Positions 9,758 to 19,170 of a stretch of DNA of 64,000 bases are shown one piece after another (within the stretch, counting starts at the first letter, position 1; the number at the start of each line of letters is the position of its first letter). The stretch spans positions 1 through 64,000 of the IMG/VR virus record IMGVR_UViG_3300009609_000001; one strand, written 5' to 3'. The notes beneath the pieces were generated by a model. That model was not told where the DNA came from, did not search any database, and saw only the letters and a program-made list of their open reading frames with translations. The translations under genes were made by a program, and so were the position numbers. The stretch is from a virus.

Positions 9758-11857
9758 TCACGTTACGCCGACAACCGGATCGGCCGCCGCGTCAACCGTC
9801 AGCGTTTTCGTCGCGTGCGTAGTCGATCCGTTGGTGCGCTTAATCGTCCAGGTCGTCCCGCTGCGGCTGCTTTCCAGGCTCGCGAGAATGACCGTGCAAA
9901 GCGTGTGCTCGCCCGCCGTTGCCTCGACGTTTGACACGCTGCGAATCAACAGCGCGTCCGCGTTCTCGATGGCCGTTGGAACCGAGGCTGTCACGTCGGC
10001 TGTGGAGATGTCGTTGAATCCGGTGATGCCGGTCCCCTTGGCCAGAACGATGTTCGTCCCGGCGGTCAGCGTGCGTGTAGCGGCGGCCCACACGTCGGCC
10101 GCGCTGTGCGTGCTGAAGCCCGTTGCCGTGTTCCACGCTGCGTCGCCACGGTCCCGCAAGGCTTCCAGGGAATCGCTCGTTTCCAGGTATGCTCCGCTGC
10201 CTGCGCCAGTTGCCCGCAATTCCGTCCTGGCGGTCGAGTCGCCGGTTTGCTTTCCTGCAATCAGTCCAAGCCACTGGGCCAGCGACGTGATTCCTGAGAA
10301 GAGCGTTGACGTGATGCGTGTGACCAGATTTCCAGTGTCCGTCTTGACGGCGGCAATATCCACGCTGATCGATGCCCCAGCAGGTGCTCCAAGCCGAGCG
10401 AACGAGTCCCCTGTCTGCGGAGTGTTGCCCGTGTAGGTCGTGAGTGTGGAGACTGTGCCGACCAGATTGCCGGTGATGTTGCCCGTGATATTCGCCGTCA
10501 GCGTTTGGCCAGCAGTCCCATCCAGCATACTCTCCAGGCTGGCCGCCACGAAAAAGTCATTACTGATGCCCTCGACGTTGGCCCCGATGAATGCCGATCC
10601 TCCAAAGGTATACGACGCCACTTGGGTTCCGCGAATCATCGCCAGGTCAACCCGACCATTCGGCAGGATTTCGTAGGTGACGCCCGCAGCAACCGCCGCT
10701 GGCAGGTCAGGCGTCCAGCTAATTTGATCCGTGCCGGAGTTGAATCCATTGATGAGCCGCGTCAACCCGACGTTCGAGCCGCTGGTGAACTTGATATGCA
10801 TCCCCACCCAATAATCGTCGGGTGATTCGGTGCGCTCGGTGTCTACGAGGTCGCTGATGGTTCCACTGTCAGCCGTGCCGCTGGCGCATGCGTCGGTGGA
10901 TTGCATCTTGCCGTTGAGCAGCGCGGCCGGCAAACGCGATTGAATGTCGTCCGTCTGGCTTTCGATATCAACGAGATTTGCCGCAAGAGTTGCGCCGCTG
11001 CCCAGGTTCGACGGCCCGCCAATCCTGTTCACGACATCGGTTTGAACGAAGTCGTTCAAATCCTGTACGGCGGACCCCAGCGCCAGAGACAGGCCGCTGT
11101 CGCCCTTGACGCGGATATCGTTGCTCACGTGGTCAGCGGTCACAACCCCGGTAAGGGTGGTTGCGCCGCTGACCGTGAGTGTTGCGAATGTCGTGGCCGC
11201 GTTGCTGCCGGCGATGAACACTCCACCTGCGGAGCCGGCAGTCGCGGAAGGCAGGAAGTCGGTCTTAGTCTTAACGGCGTCAACGAGTAGGTCTAACCGT
11301 CCGCCGTCAATCCAGTCCGTGAGCGCCCCCATGCGGGCTGCCGTAACCTCGTTCGTGTTGGCCAGCTTCGCGTCCAAGTCCAGCCCGCCCGCGTCGCTGA
11401 TCGGCAAGCCGCCTGCGGCATCGGCTGCGGCGTTGGGGAGTGCGGTCCCTGCCAGCCCCCGCGTCGTACTCCATGCGTTATCGACAAGCGCGTCATTGAG
11501 CGCAGCCGCTCGGAAGCAGATCGTCGGCCCGCGCCACGGCAGGACGCCGGTCGCCTTTCCGGTGAACCAGCCATAGCCGGCGGTGTTGTTGTTGATCGAC
11601 GCCCCGCCACTCGCGGGAATCTCGATCGTGTACATGCCGCCGTCCTGATGCGCCCAGTCGTAGACTCCTGCGGCAGTCGGCGTGACGACTGTGGCCGAGT
11701 ACGCCCCGGCAGACGTAACGAAATGCCAAATCAGCTCCATGCCGGCGGCATCGAAGGCGACGGCTTCTTCGATGGATACGAAGTCCGTCGAGTCCGTCAA
11801 TGGGACAATGTTCACCGGAACCTCGGCTAGGGCGGCGTCAACATCCATTGCGATCAT
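9758..11857 (-). CDS. large Ala/Thr/Gly-rich virion (fibre-like) protein
   Basis: ATG at 11857 overlaps the stop of the LamG gene; modular fibre-like composition. Confidence 0.55.
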   Translation of the reverse strand: MIAMDVDAALAEVPVNIVPLTDSTDFVSIEEAVAFDAAGMELIWHFVTSAGAYSATVVTPTAAGVYDWAHQDGGMYTIEIPASGGASINNNTAGYGWFTGKATGVLPWRGPTICFRAAALNDALVDNAWSTTRGLAGTALPNAAADAAGGLPISDAGGLDLDAKLANTNEVTAARMGALTDWIDGGRLDLLVDAVKTKTDFLPSATAGSAGGVFIAGSNAATTFATLTVSGATTLTGVVTADHVSNDIRVKGDSGLSLALGSAVQDLNDFVQTDVVNRIGGPSNLGSGATLAANLVDIESQTDDIQSRLPAALLNGKMQSTDACASGTADSGTISDLVDTERTESPDDYWVGMHIKFTSGSNVGLTRLINGFNSGTDQISWTPDLPAAVAAGVTYEILPNGRVDLAMIRGTQVASYTFGGSAFIGANVEGISNDFFVAASLESMLDGTAGQTLTANITGNITGNLVGTVSTLTTYTGNTPQTGDSFARLGAPAGASISVDIAAVKTDTGNLVTRITSTLFSGITSLAQWLGLIAGKQTGDSTARTELRATGAGSGAYLETSDSLEALRDRGDAAWNTATGFSTHSAADVWAAATRTLTAGTNIVLAKGTGITGFNDISTADVTASVPTAIENADALLIRSVSNVEATAGEHTLCTVILASLESSRSGTTWTIKRTNGSTTHATKTLTVDAAADPVVGVT

Positions 11858-12639
11858 GCGGCGGCCCTCTGCTGAAGATGGTAATACCACGGCGAACCAG
11901 TAACGCCACCCACCGCCGGCGCCATCCACGGCCGGCGAATCCAGTTCAGCGTGTCGGGGTTGCTCTGCCGGGACTCGGCATAATCTGCCGCAACCTCCGC
12001 TGCCGACCAGGGGCGCGACGCGAGAACGATATCGTCTACCGGACCAGGCCACACAAATGACCCATCGACGCGCGCCCCGATTGCCATTTGCAGCGCCGCG
12101 CTTTCGGCGGTGGTCGAGTCGGAGCCCACGCTTACGCCGTCGCGGTATAGCGCAGAGCCTGTTGGACCTGTCGTGGCGATCCAGCGATGCCAGCCGGTAC
12201 CGACATCGGATGTTCCATAGGTGGTGACAAGACGACTGCCGACAATCAACTGCAAGGTGCCCCCGCCCCCTGCTCCACGAATTTCAAGCGCATAACTCGG
12301 AGTCGTTTGAAATGCCACAAGCATCGGGAACGAGCCCGCGCTATCGAGCCGCGCCCATGCACCAAACGTCAGGTTCGCATGGTCTCCTTGAACACTGCCT
12401 ACGCTCACATAGTCGTTGGTCCCGTCCAGCAGCAGCGACCCGAACCCGCCCGTCCGGCCCATCGCGCTCTGCCAGAGTGGCCCGTTGGTCAGCACGCCGT
12501 GATTGCGCATGCACAAATCGCGGAACATGACGCCGCGCTGCTGGTCTGGAAGCGCAAGCCACCTGCTGACCAATCCGCCCTTTTGGTTGAGCGGATGATC
12601 TGGATTTAGGGCGTCACCGATGCAAATTTCGCCGTGCAT
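11854..12639 (-). CDS. LamG/concanavalin A-like lectin-domain virion protein
   Basis: LDGTNDYV, TFGAW, WH..IAT, LYRDGV, IGAR, GPVDD...WSAAEV motifs. Confidence 0.85.
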   Translation of the reverse strand: MHGEICIGDALNPDHPLNQKGGLVSRWLALPDQQRGVMFRDLCMRNHGVLTNGPLWQSAMGRTGGFGSLLLDGTNDYVSVGSVQGDHANLTFGAWARLDSAGSFPMLVAFQTTPSYALEIRGAGGGGTLQLIVGSRLVTTYGTSDVGTGWHRWIATTGPTGSALYRDGVSVGSDSTTAESAALQMAIGARVDGSFVWPGPVDDIVLASRPWSAAEVAADYAESRQSNPDTLNWIRRPWMAPAVGGVTGSPWYYHLQQRAAA

Positions 12640-12645
12640 TGTTGC

Positions 12646-13206
12646 TCAATCAGTTACTACGCCCGCAAGCGGGCTTACAAGAACGGACATCTCGACGGCA
12701 TCACTGTGCAGTGCCGCCCCTGACTCGTTCCGAACAACCAGCGTTCCATAGCGATGTTTCGGCCGGAACGCGCCGACTCTTGCGATTTGCACCGTGCCTG
12801 TCGCCTGTGCCGTGCAAACGAAATCGCCAATGAATTGCAATTGTTTGATTGCAGCAGCCATGTTGGCCGAGTAGCCGGCGTATGCCGCATCTGCGCCGCC
12901 GACTCCGCCGGGGTTTGCCGTGCCGGCGGTGCCGCTTGGCGACGGTGCCCACCAGAATTCAATCACTTCCCCGGCAGTCGGTGTGGCGGCAATCTCAATC
13001 GCGGCCACAACCTCGTAGACTTCGGCTCGCGTTGCGCCGAGATCCACCTTGTCGGATTGCCTGGCAGCAGCGTCAGCCACGCCGGTCAAGTCGATCTGGG
13101 CTGTGCGCGTGCCAAGATTGTTGGCAGCCGCTGGGGCATGGTCCGTAACGTCCGCGAATACAATTGCGGTTCCGTTCTGGACTAACAGATTGTCGGGCAA
13201 GGCCAT
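12646..13206 (-). CDS. putative virion protein (frame open upstream to 13353)
   Basis: AGGTGA SD precedes the ATG at 13206; beta-sandwich-like sequence. Confidence 0.5.
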   Translation of the reverse strand: MALPDNLLVQNGTAIVFADVTDHAPAAANNLGTRTAQIDLTGVADAAARQSDKVDLGATRAEVYEVVAAIEIAATPTAGEVIEFWWAPSPSGTAGTANPGGVGGADAAYAGYSANMAAAIKQLQFIGDFVCTAQATGTVQIARVGAFRPKHRYGTLVVRNESGAALHSDAVEMSVLVSPLAGVVTD

Positions 13207-13356
13207 TGAGTCACCTGAATAAAGTAGGTCCGCTAATTCGTTCGCCGCCGCCGCAATCGCCGCGCGGATGTCCGATGAATCCCACTCTCGCACGCCGGAT
13301 TTCTCCAGCATCCGCATTGCGAGAACGAGGGCGATTTCTGATTTGCTGGGCATGGG

Positions 13357-13812
13357 TCATGTAGCGTTTCTGGCGTTGCTAATATCGCTGGGAGTCGCGT
13401 TGCCGCCTTTGCTCAACAGCCCGCCCTTGAACATCTGCGTGATTCTGCTGGCCGGCTCTTTCAAAATCGCCACGAGGTTCGCGCGGCTCTCTGTCCCGGC
13501 CGCAAACAATTGCAGGATGCCTTCGTAGACTTCGCCGCCTTGTTTGGGGTTGATCGTGCCGCCCTGTCCGACTCCAAGAATCCACTGACGATCGCCTGCT
13601 GACATAGCCACGAACTCATCGCGGTCGATGTTCAACATGATCTCCGCCGTAGGAATCGCTTCGCGGTCGATCGATGTGGCTGCGCTGACGACGTTGAGTT
13701 TGTTCGCGTTGGCCTCGTCGTCAGCCGGAACCGTAGTCAGCCCAAGACCCAGCGGGTCGTTAGTTAGCTCCGCCTTAATGCTCAAGAGGTCTGCATTCAG
13801 GGTAAACGCCAT
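13357..13812 (-). CDS. hypothetical protein, paralog of 13824-14222
   Basis: Shares K.ELT.DPL, F.AGT..RAN and T.SDI motifs with its neighbour; GGAG SD. Confidence 0.7.
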   Translation of the reverse strand: MAFTLNADLLSIKAELTNDPLGLGLTTVPADDEANANKLNVVSAATSIDREAIPTAEIMLNIDRDEFVAMSAGDRQWILGVGQGGTINPKQGGEVYEGILQLFAAGTESRANLVAILKEPASRITQMFKGGLLSKGGNATPSDISNARNAT

Positions 13813-13823
13813 TGGAATCTCCT

Positions 13824-14222
13824 TTAAGGTAATCGCTTGGCATCCGCGATATCGGACTCAGTGACATGGCCAAGCCCAAGCTCGTCGGCACGGCTGCCGC
13901 TGCGCTTGAGCAACGCAATGATGTTCGCGCGGGTCGCCGTGCCGGCCCCGAATACGGCTCCCACTTCGGTCTTGAAGTTGGCGGTTAGCGGGATAGAGTC
14001 AGCCCCGATCAACGCCCGCACGTAGTTCTGCTCACCTGCGGTCAATGCAGCCAACTCCGCGCGCACAAGGCTGGCTGCAATCTCGCCGCCCGTGATGCTG
14101 GTGCGATCCACCTGCCGGCCGTTGGCGTTGAGGCTGGCGGCGGCTTCTTCGTCGGACATGCCGGAATAGCCGCGCGCCAACGGGTCCGCAGTCAGTTCGT
14201 TTTTGAGTGCTTGTAAGTCCAT
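13824..14222 (-). CDS. hypothetical protein, paralog of 13357-13812
   Basis: Same shared motifs. Confidence 0.7.
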   Translation of the reverse strand: MDLQALKNELTADPLARGYSGMSDEEAAASLNANGRQVDRTSITGGEIAASLVRAELAALTAGEQNYVRALIGADSIPLTANFKTEVGAVFGAGTATRANIIALLKRSGSRADELGLGHVTESDIADAKRLP

Positions 14223-14263
14223 GATTTATCCCTGCAAAGGTTCCGTTTCGATATGCCGCCCGG

Positions 14264-14674
14264 TCACGTCGTCTCCTCGTTTGCCATCGGCGACGCTTCG
14301 CGCGGTGCCAAGCCAAGCTCCAATGTCGCGGCCACCAGTCTGGCACGCATGGTCGCCAGGTCCGCTGTCTCTTGCTGCTTCTGGCTGACAGGGCTGCTGT
14401 GCTCAGGAATCACGTCTGCCACCTTAGTAAAGTGCTGCTTGCCCTCTGCCCTCAGTTTTCTGTTGGCCGCCTTCTCTAAGTCGTCGATTGCCTCCTCAGC
14501 CATCTCGCGATAGCTGTCCCCGCGGTCCTGCGCCGACTTGATGTGCTGGTCTTTTGCGTCGATGAGCTTTTTGAACAGGATGCCGATTGCGCCCCACAGC
14601 GCGCCCAGCAGCGTGAGGATCACGGTCAACCCCTCGGTTGTGAATGTCACGTCTGCGAACATGCGACTGGTCAC
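14264..14674 (-). CDS. single-TM coiled-coil protein (holin/spanin-like)
   Basis: TM segment LTVILTLLGALWGAIGILF followed by KK and a coiled coil. Confidence 0.45.
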   Translation of the reverse strand: MTSRMFADVTFTTEGLTVILTLLGALWGAIGILFKKLIDAKDQHIKSAQDRGDSYREMAEEAIDDLEKAANRKLRAEGKQHFTKVADVIPEHSSPVSQKQQETADLATMRARLVAATLELGLAPREASPMANEETT

Positions 14675-14681
14675 CCCGGCG

Positions 14682-14804
14682 TTAGTGGCTCACTGCTTTT
14701 GCGGCTAAGTCGATCACGAGCCCAATCAGTCCCCAACCTATTCTCAGGCCCATCCCACAAATGATGGCCCACACGAACGTCTGCCAACTCATGCCGGTAT
14801 TCAT
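14682..14804 (-). CDS. 40-aa hydrophobic membrane peptide (not in ORF track)
   Basis: MNTGMSWQTFVWAIICGMGLRIGWGLIGLVIDLAAKAVSH*, with a GGGAG SD upstream. Confidence 0.6.
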   Translation of the reverse strand: MNTGMSWQTFVWAIICGMGLRIGWGLIGLVIDLAAKAVSH

Positions 14805-14814
14805 TGGTTGCTCC

Positions 14815-15115
14815 CTATTTGCGTAGTGCGGACTTTCCCTACTGGTTAAGGGTTGCGCCGCGTCTGTTGTCCGTGTGCTGCTAAGGCTGTGCGTAGCGTT
14901 GACTGGCTCTTAGTGACCGCCGGTTTTTATCGAAACATCAGTTGTGGACCCGGACGCAGACCACGTTGCCGCATCTACTAGCGACGCGTTGCCGGGGCAA
15001 ACCCATTGCTGGGAACCACACGTTTCGAGCCTGTCATTCATCCTTCCGCCTCGCCCCGCACTGCTGCGGGACACTTTTCGGATTACGCTAACTGGGGAGT
15101 TTTTAACCCAGTCCC
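14815..15115 (-). ncRNA. candidate structured ncRNA or long structured leader
   Basis: No convincing ORF; several nested helices and GCAA-capped hairpins. Confidence 0.6.
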
Positions 15116-15118
15116 TTT

Positions 15119-15148
15119 TCTATCCCGGCTTCTTTTGGTTCAGGTCAA
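15119..15148 (-). promoter_or_regulatory. putative sigma70-type promoter driving the structured RNA and the minus-strand virion block
   Basis: TTGACC-N18-GATAGA, resembling the promoter at 48566-48594. Confidence 0.4.
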
Positions 15149-15168
15149 CAAGCCGGCCCAAAAACCTG

Positions 15169-15197
15169 TAGACAACAGAGCGTTCAAAACCTATACT
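15169..15197 (+). promoter_or_regulatory. sigma70-type promoter
   Basis: TAGACA-N17-TATACT. Confidence 0.7.
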
Positions 15198-15203
15198 TTG
15201 GTT

Positions 15204-15273
15204 GCGACGTATACTCCGCTGTCCTCCACACGGACACTCGATTGCAGCCGGTTAACCCCGGCTGCTTTCGTTT
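15204..15273 (+). ncRNA. candidate ~70-nt sRNA
   Basis: Lies between a strong promoter and an intrinsic terminator; no plausible ORF. Confidence 0.55.
15244..15273 (+). terminator. intrinsic terminator
   Basis: GCAGCCGG-ttaacc-CCGGCTGC followed by TTTCGTTT. Confidence 0.65.
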
Positions 15274-15669
15274 CTACTCCCGATGATTTGCTGCCACCTC
15301 CAGCACCGGCAAGCACACCTTGCACGGCACTTTCCCATCTGCCGCCGCTTCCTCGTGGCTCGCGTACTCGCGCCGATGTGCCATGCTCGCGGCATAGCGG
15401 CAGTCGGCCCGGTGGTAAACGCCCTTGATCGATGAGGCGACGTAGGGATAGTCGATAGTCGGTAATGCACGATGGGTCGTGGATGATGCGTGATCGATGG
15501 TCAGCAGTCGCTGATTGATGGTCGATGGTCCCGCTGACCCCACGCTCACCGCACGCACAACCCGGCTCACGAAATAGATCGCAGCCCACACGACGAACGG
15601 CGACAGCACGATCAATACGGCAATCGGAATCCAGTTGCGGACGGGCTTGATGACGACGTGGTGTGCCAT
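15274..15669 (-). CDS. membrane-anchored Ada-like metal-binding-domain protein
   Basis: N-terminal TM; YVAS....YHR.DC ... EEA...G..PCKVC.P. Confidence 0.7.
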   Translation of the reverse strand: MAHHVVIKPVRNWIPIAVLIVLSPFVVWAAIYFVSRVVRAVSVGSAGPSTINQRLLTIDHASSTTHRALPTIDYPYVASSIKGVYHRADCRYAASMAHRREYASHEEAAADGKVPCKVCLPVLEVAANHRE

Positions 15670-16608
15670 TGCGGTGCGCTTCGGGTGCGGGGTGATTGGG
15701 GTTACGGGACTCATTTCGTTTCGCAGGTGCATCCACCTTCGCCTTTGCCATCGTGTCTCGCGCCAACAGCGACAAGCCCATGCACGGCGCACTCGTGCCA
15801 GTTGTGTTTGTTCTTGCACATCGTGTCGCCCAGCATGCAGCGGCAAACCGACATCGCTGGCTCACCGCACGTCGGGCACTTGCTGCCATAGCCGGACAAC
15901 ACCAGCGTTCGCTTGCCGAGATTCTTTGCAGCTTTGGTTTTCATTTCAGCCTAATCCAGCATTTGGAAACAAATCATCGCGTCGCACGGTCCCTGCCTGC
16001 TGCAACGTCGCGAGCATGTCGGCATCGCTCTTGCCCATGAACACGACCATCTCGCGGAAGCCATACTCCGGGCTGCCGTGCTTTGTTTTGGTGAGTCCCT
16101 TGCGCATCTCGGCAATGTCGGATTCGGTTAGCCCGACGATGAGCATGTGCCCGCCATGCAGTTCTCCAGCGGCAACGATCATGTGTAAATGCACTCCGTG
16201 ACCATCCGCAGGTACGGGATGATGTTTTTCGATGGCATCGTGCGTTCGTCGGTCCGATCATCGACGGCGCGAAGCGTCATCAGGTTCACGCCGTTGTGCT
16301 CGATGCGCCGCGTGATTCGCCAGAGCTTTTCGGTTACGTCGCGGCGGTCGCACACCTTGTCTCCCGGCAGGAACGTCGGCCGCTCTGCTGGGTCGTATGG
16401 GTTGACTGGTCGCGTCATGCGCACCCCCTTATGCAGCGATAGCCGTATAGTCTGTAATGGGCCATGACTCCGCCGCATTTCGGACAACGCAAGCCGGAGC
16501 GTGGAGGCTGTTGCTCCTCGTCCAACTGCCGCAGAATTTCAGCGTATTTGGACTTGGTGTTTTCAGCGCTCAGTTTAACGCCTTGATCGGTTATGTCTGC
16601 TTTGCCTT

Positions 16609-17028
16609 TCATATTCCGGCCCCCAAATGCTTCTCGTTCGCCTTGCGTTGCTTCTCCGCGAGATACGCCGCAGCCTCTTCCGCCGTGCTGCCAACCGGCT
16701 CGCCATCGGGCCACTCGAAAGCCGGCTTGAAAATATCTTCGCCCTTCGCTTCTGATGCCGCCCGGTCGTAGTCCACCAAGCGGAAGTGTCGGCCGCAGTG
16801 GCAACAGAACGTGCCGCCGTAGAACTTCGGATTTCGCGCGTACGTCTCGGACAACGCCAAGCCCATCGTTGTCTCTGTGCCGCACGCAAGATGGATATAG
16901 CTGGTCCGCACCGGCCGCACGAATCCCTTTGCCCGCTCCTCATCGCTGAGAACGAGATACGATTCCTGCTGCCCATCGGACTTGATCTTGGCAAGCCCAG
17001 GATCGTTGCGGTCAGTTGTGATTCCCAT
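16609..17028 (-). CDS. conserved phage Zn-binding hypothetical protein
   Basis: YLVLSDEERAKGFVRPVR..Y.H..CG..T.M...ETYAR.P.FY..TFC..C motif. Confidence 0.6.
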   Translation of the reverse strand: MGITTDRNDPGLAKIKSDGQQESYLVLSDEERAKGFVRPVRTSYIHLACGTETTMGLALSETYARNPKFYGGTFCCHCGRHFRLVDYDRAASEAKGEDIFKPAFEWPDGEPVGSTAEEAAAYLAEKQRKANEKHLGAGI

Positions 17029-17695
17029 ATCTATTTGAACAACAGGTCAATGAGTTTCAGTCCGATTGACGACAGGATAAAGCCTGCCGCTGCGATCACG
17101 GCTCGCCAGTACATGCGGTTGCGGTACTTCTCTTTTTCGTAATCCTCTTCCAGCTTCTCGTGGTCCGCCTCGACTCGTTTCAGGTGCTCCTCGATGTCGT
17201 GGATTCTGCCGTTCGTCTCCGCTTCAAGTTTCTTGGCTGCCTTGCCCGGTGAATGTCCGTCCGCAACCCGGAACGGCTTGCCGCAGTTGACGCACGGCAC
17301 GCGCGGCTCGCCTCGCGGGTAGTAAGCGCCTTTGGTCCCGCACAGCGGACACCAGAGGTTGACGCTGGAGTCGTGGGTGGTTGACATTCATTAGTTCGCC
17401 GTTCGTGTTTCTGTTCCTGCCACTGCTCATTACGCCCGCAAGTCGCGGGCACGCTACAGGCGGCGGTCGTGCCATGATGCCGACTGTGCGGCGTTCGGGT
17501 TTCGTTGGTCGCTGTTGCTTCGGGGTTGGTTCGCTTGTGGGTTGCTTCTCTGGTTGCTCTGGTGGCGTGAACGGCGGCGGCTTTTTATCTTCCTCATCAT
17601 GCTCTGCGCACGAATTCCAACTGGTCTCGTAGGTCCAACCAGTCCAGTTAGTCGTGTCGTCTGTTCCGGTCCACGGTGCCAATCATGTTCCTTTC

Positions 17696-17736
17696 AAAAA
17701 CCCGCCGGTCCGAAGGGGTATTACGGTCCCGGCGGG
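17696..17736 (-). terminator. terminator-like hairpin
   Basis: CCCGCCGG/CCGGCGGG stem with T5 on the minus strand. Confidence 0.55.
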
Positions 17737-17808
17737 CGCGCGAAGTCCGGGAAGTCCCTCCCGAAACTCTATCGATGTGTCTCCAGTGATTTGATTTTCT
17801 GCATTGTG

Positions 17809-17891
17809 TGATACAATGAAGCGGCCCGAACAGAACGCGCAAACGCTCTGCCGGGCCTAACCACTCCGCAACCTTCACTGGAGGTCACGTC
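17809..17891 (+). promoter_or_regulatory. extended -10 promoter plus two-hairpin leader of the HNH gene
   Basis: TGnTACAAT; GGCCCG/CGGGCC stem; ACCTT/GAGGT hairpin covering the SD. Confidence 0.6.
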
Positions 17892-18566
17892 ATGGCTAAG
17901 CCAACTATTGCAACGCGCACCAGCCAAATCAAGGTTGGTCAGCAATTTGGGCGATGGACAGTTCTTTCCTGGGTGAGCGGATCCCCTTCTATGGCTATTT
18001 GGCTTTGTCTGTGTGATTGCGGAACAACTAAACCAGTTCGCGCTGCCGGACTCTCGAGGGGCACTAGCCGATCGTGCGGCTGCTTTGCAAAAGAGTTGCA
18101 CGCGAAGAGGAATCATAAGCACGGGCTGTTCTACACTCCCGAGTATGATGTCTGGCACGCAATGAAGGGACGATGCTACAGGCCCAAGCACAAGTGGTAT
18201 CACCGCTACGGTGGACGTGGAATCAAAGTCTGCGACCGCTGGCTCAATTCGCCAGAAAACTTCGTTGCCGACATGGGCAAGCGCCCGTCGCCAGCGCATA
18301 AACTCGAACGCAAAGACAACGATGGCGACTACTGCCCAGAGAATTGCGTGTGGGCTACTCAGGAGCATCAGAACAACAACCGTGGAGAGTACAACAGGAT
18401 CCTTGAGTTCAATGGCGAGACACTGACGCTCTCTCAGTGGGCGCGCCGGGTTGGACTCCGAACGGGAACAATCAGCGAGCGCCTTCGGCATGGGTGGACC
18501 ATTTCCGATGCACTGACTCGTCCGCTTCAATCGCGTCGTCGTCGTATTCATCTCGGAAGTTCCTGA
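17892..18566 (+). CDS. free-standing HNH homing endonuclease (antisense to its neighbours)
   Basis: G..FGRWTV, CLCDCG, SCGC, YGGRGIKVC.RW, ERKDNDGDYCPENCVWAT. Confidence 0.9.
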   Translation: MAKPTIATRTSQIKVGQQFGRWTVLSWVSGSPSMAIWLCLCDCGTTKPVRAAGLSRGTSRSCGCFAKELHAKRNHKHGLFYTPEYDVWHAMKGRCYRPKHKWYHRYGGRGIKVCDRWLNSPENFVADMGKRPSPAHKLERKDNDGDYCPENCVWATQEHQNNNRGEYNRILEFNGETLTLSQWARRVGLRTGTISERLRHGWTISDALTRPLQSRRRRIHLGSS

Positions 18567-19170
18567 CAACTACAACAGCGGCAGCCACTCCCGCAACTGC
18601 ACCGCTTCGGCGTGTGGATCACATCAGGCATCGCACGCACCAGTGCCGCCATTTCCCGCAACTGCCCTTGCCGCGTCGTGTCGCTGCCGTGTTGCTCACC
18701 GCCCAAGTACGCCGCAAAGCCAACGACGAGCAGCACCATCGCGGCGAGGATCGCTTCAGCGATTCGCCAATCGCGGGGCGCGGGCTCTGGTTTCTGGGTG
18801 AGCTTCATGCAACCTCCGAATCAATCACAGACCGGCTTTCGGCCGACTCCAGCGCGTGACGCTCGGCAAGGGTCTCCGGCTCACCGCCGAATCCGCTGGG
18901 GCCAAATGGCTCGTTGAATGACACCACCGGTACGGCCACCTGCGGCGGGTCAACGTGATACGTGTACGCGATCTTCCGTTTGCCGTCGCTCGTTCCAATC
19001 CGGCTGCCGGCCGTCAGTTCGCGCAGCATCGCGGACACGGCGGAAAGCATGTCAACTTCCGTGTCGGCTTCAATCGCGGCGGTTAGTTGGTGTGAGTGGT
19101 GCATTCGTATCCTCAAAAAACCGGGCGGGCTTCATGCCCTTTGGCGGCTGCGTGCCGTGCCCGGCGTAGT

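Noticed and set aside
9210-14804. Invertible tail-fibre segment
   Set aside because: No invertase and no flanking inverted repeats were seen.
14825-15045. RNase P-like words (GATGAATGAC, AAAAACCGGC, GGAAAGTCCG) in the structured RNA
   Set aside because: The order is permuted, P4 pairing is incomplete and no S-domain is visible; not enough to call rnpB.
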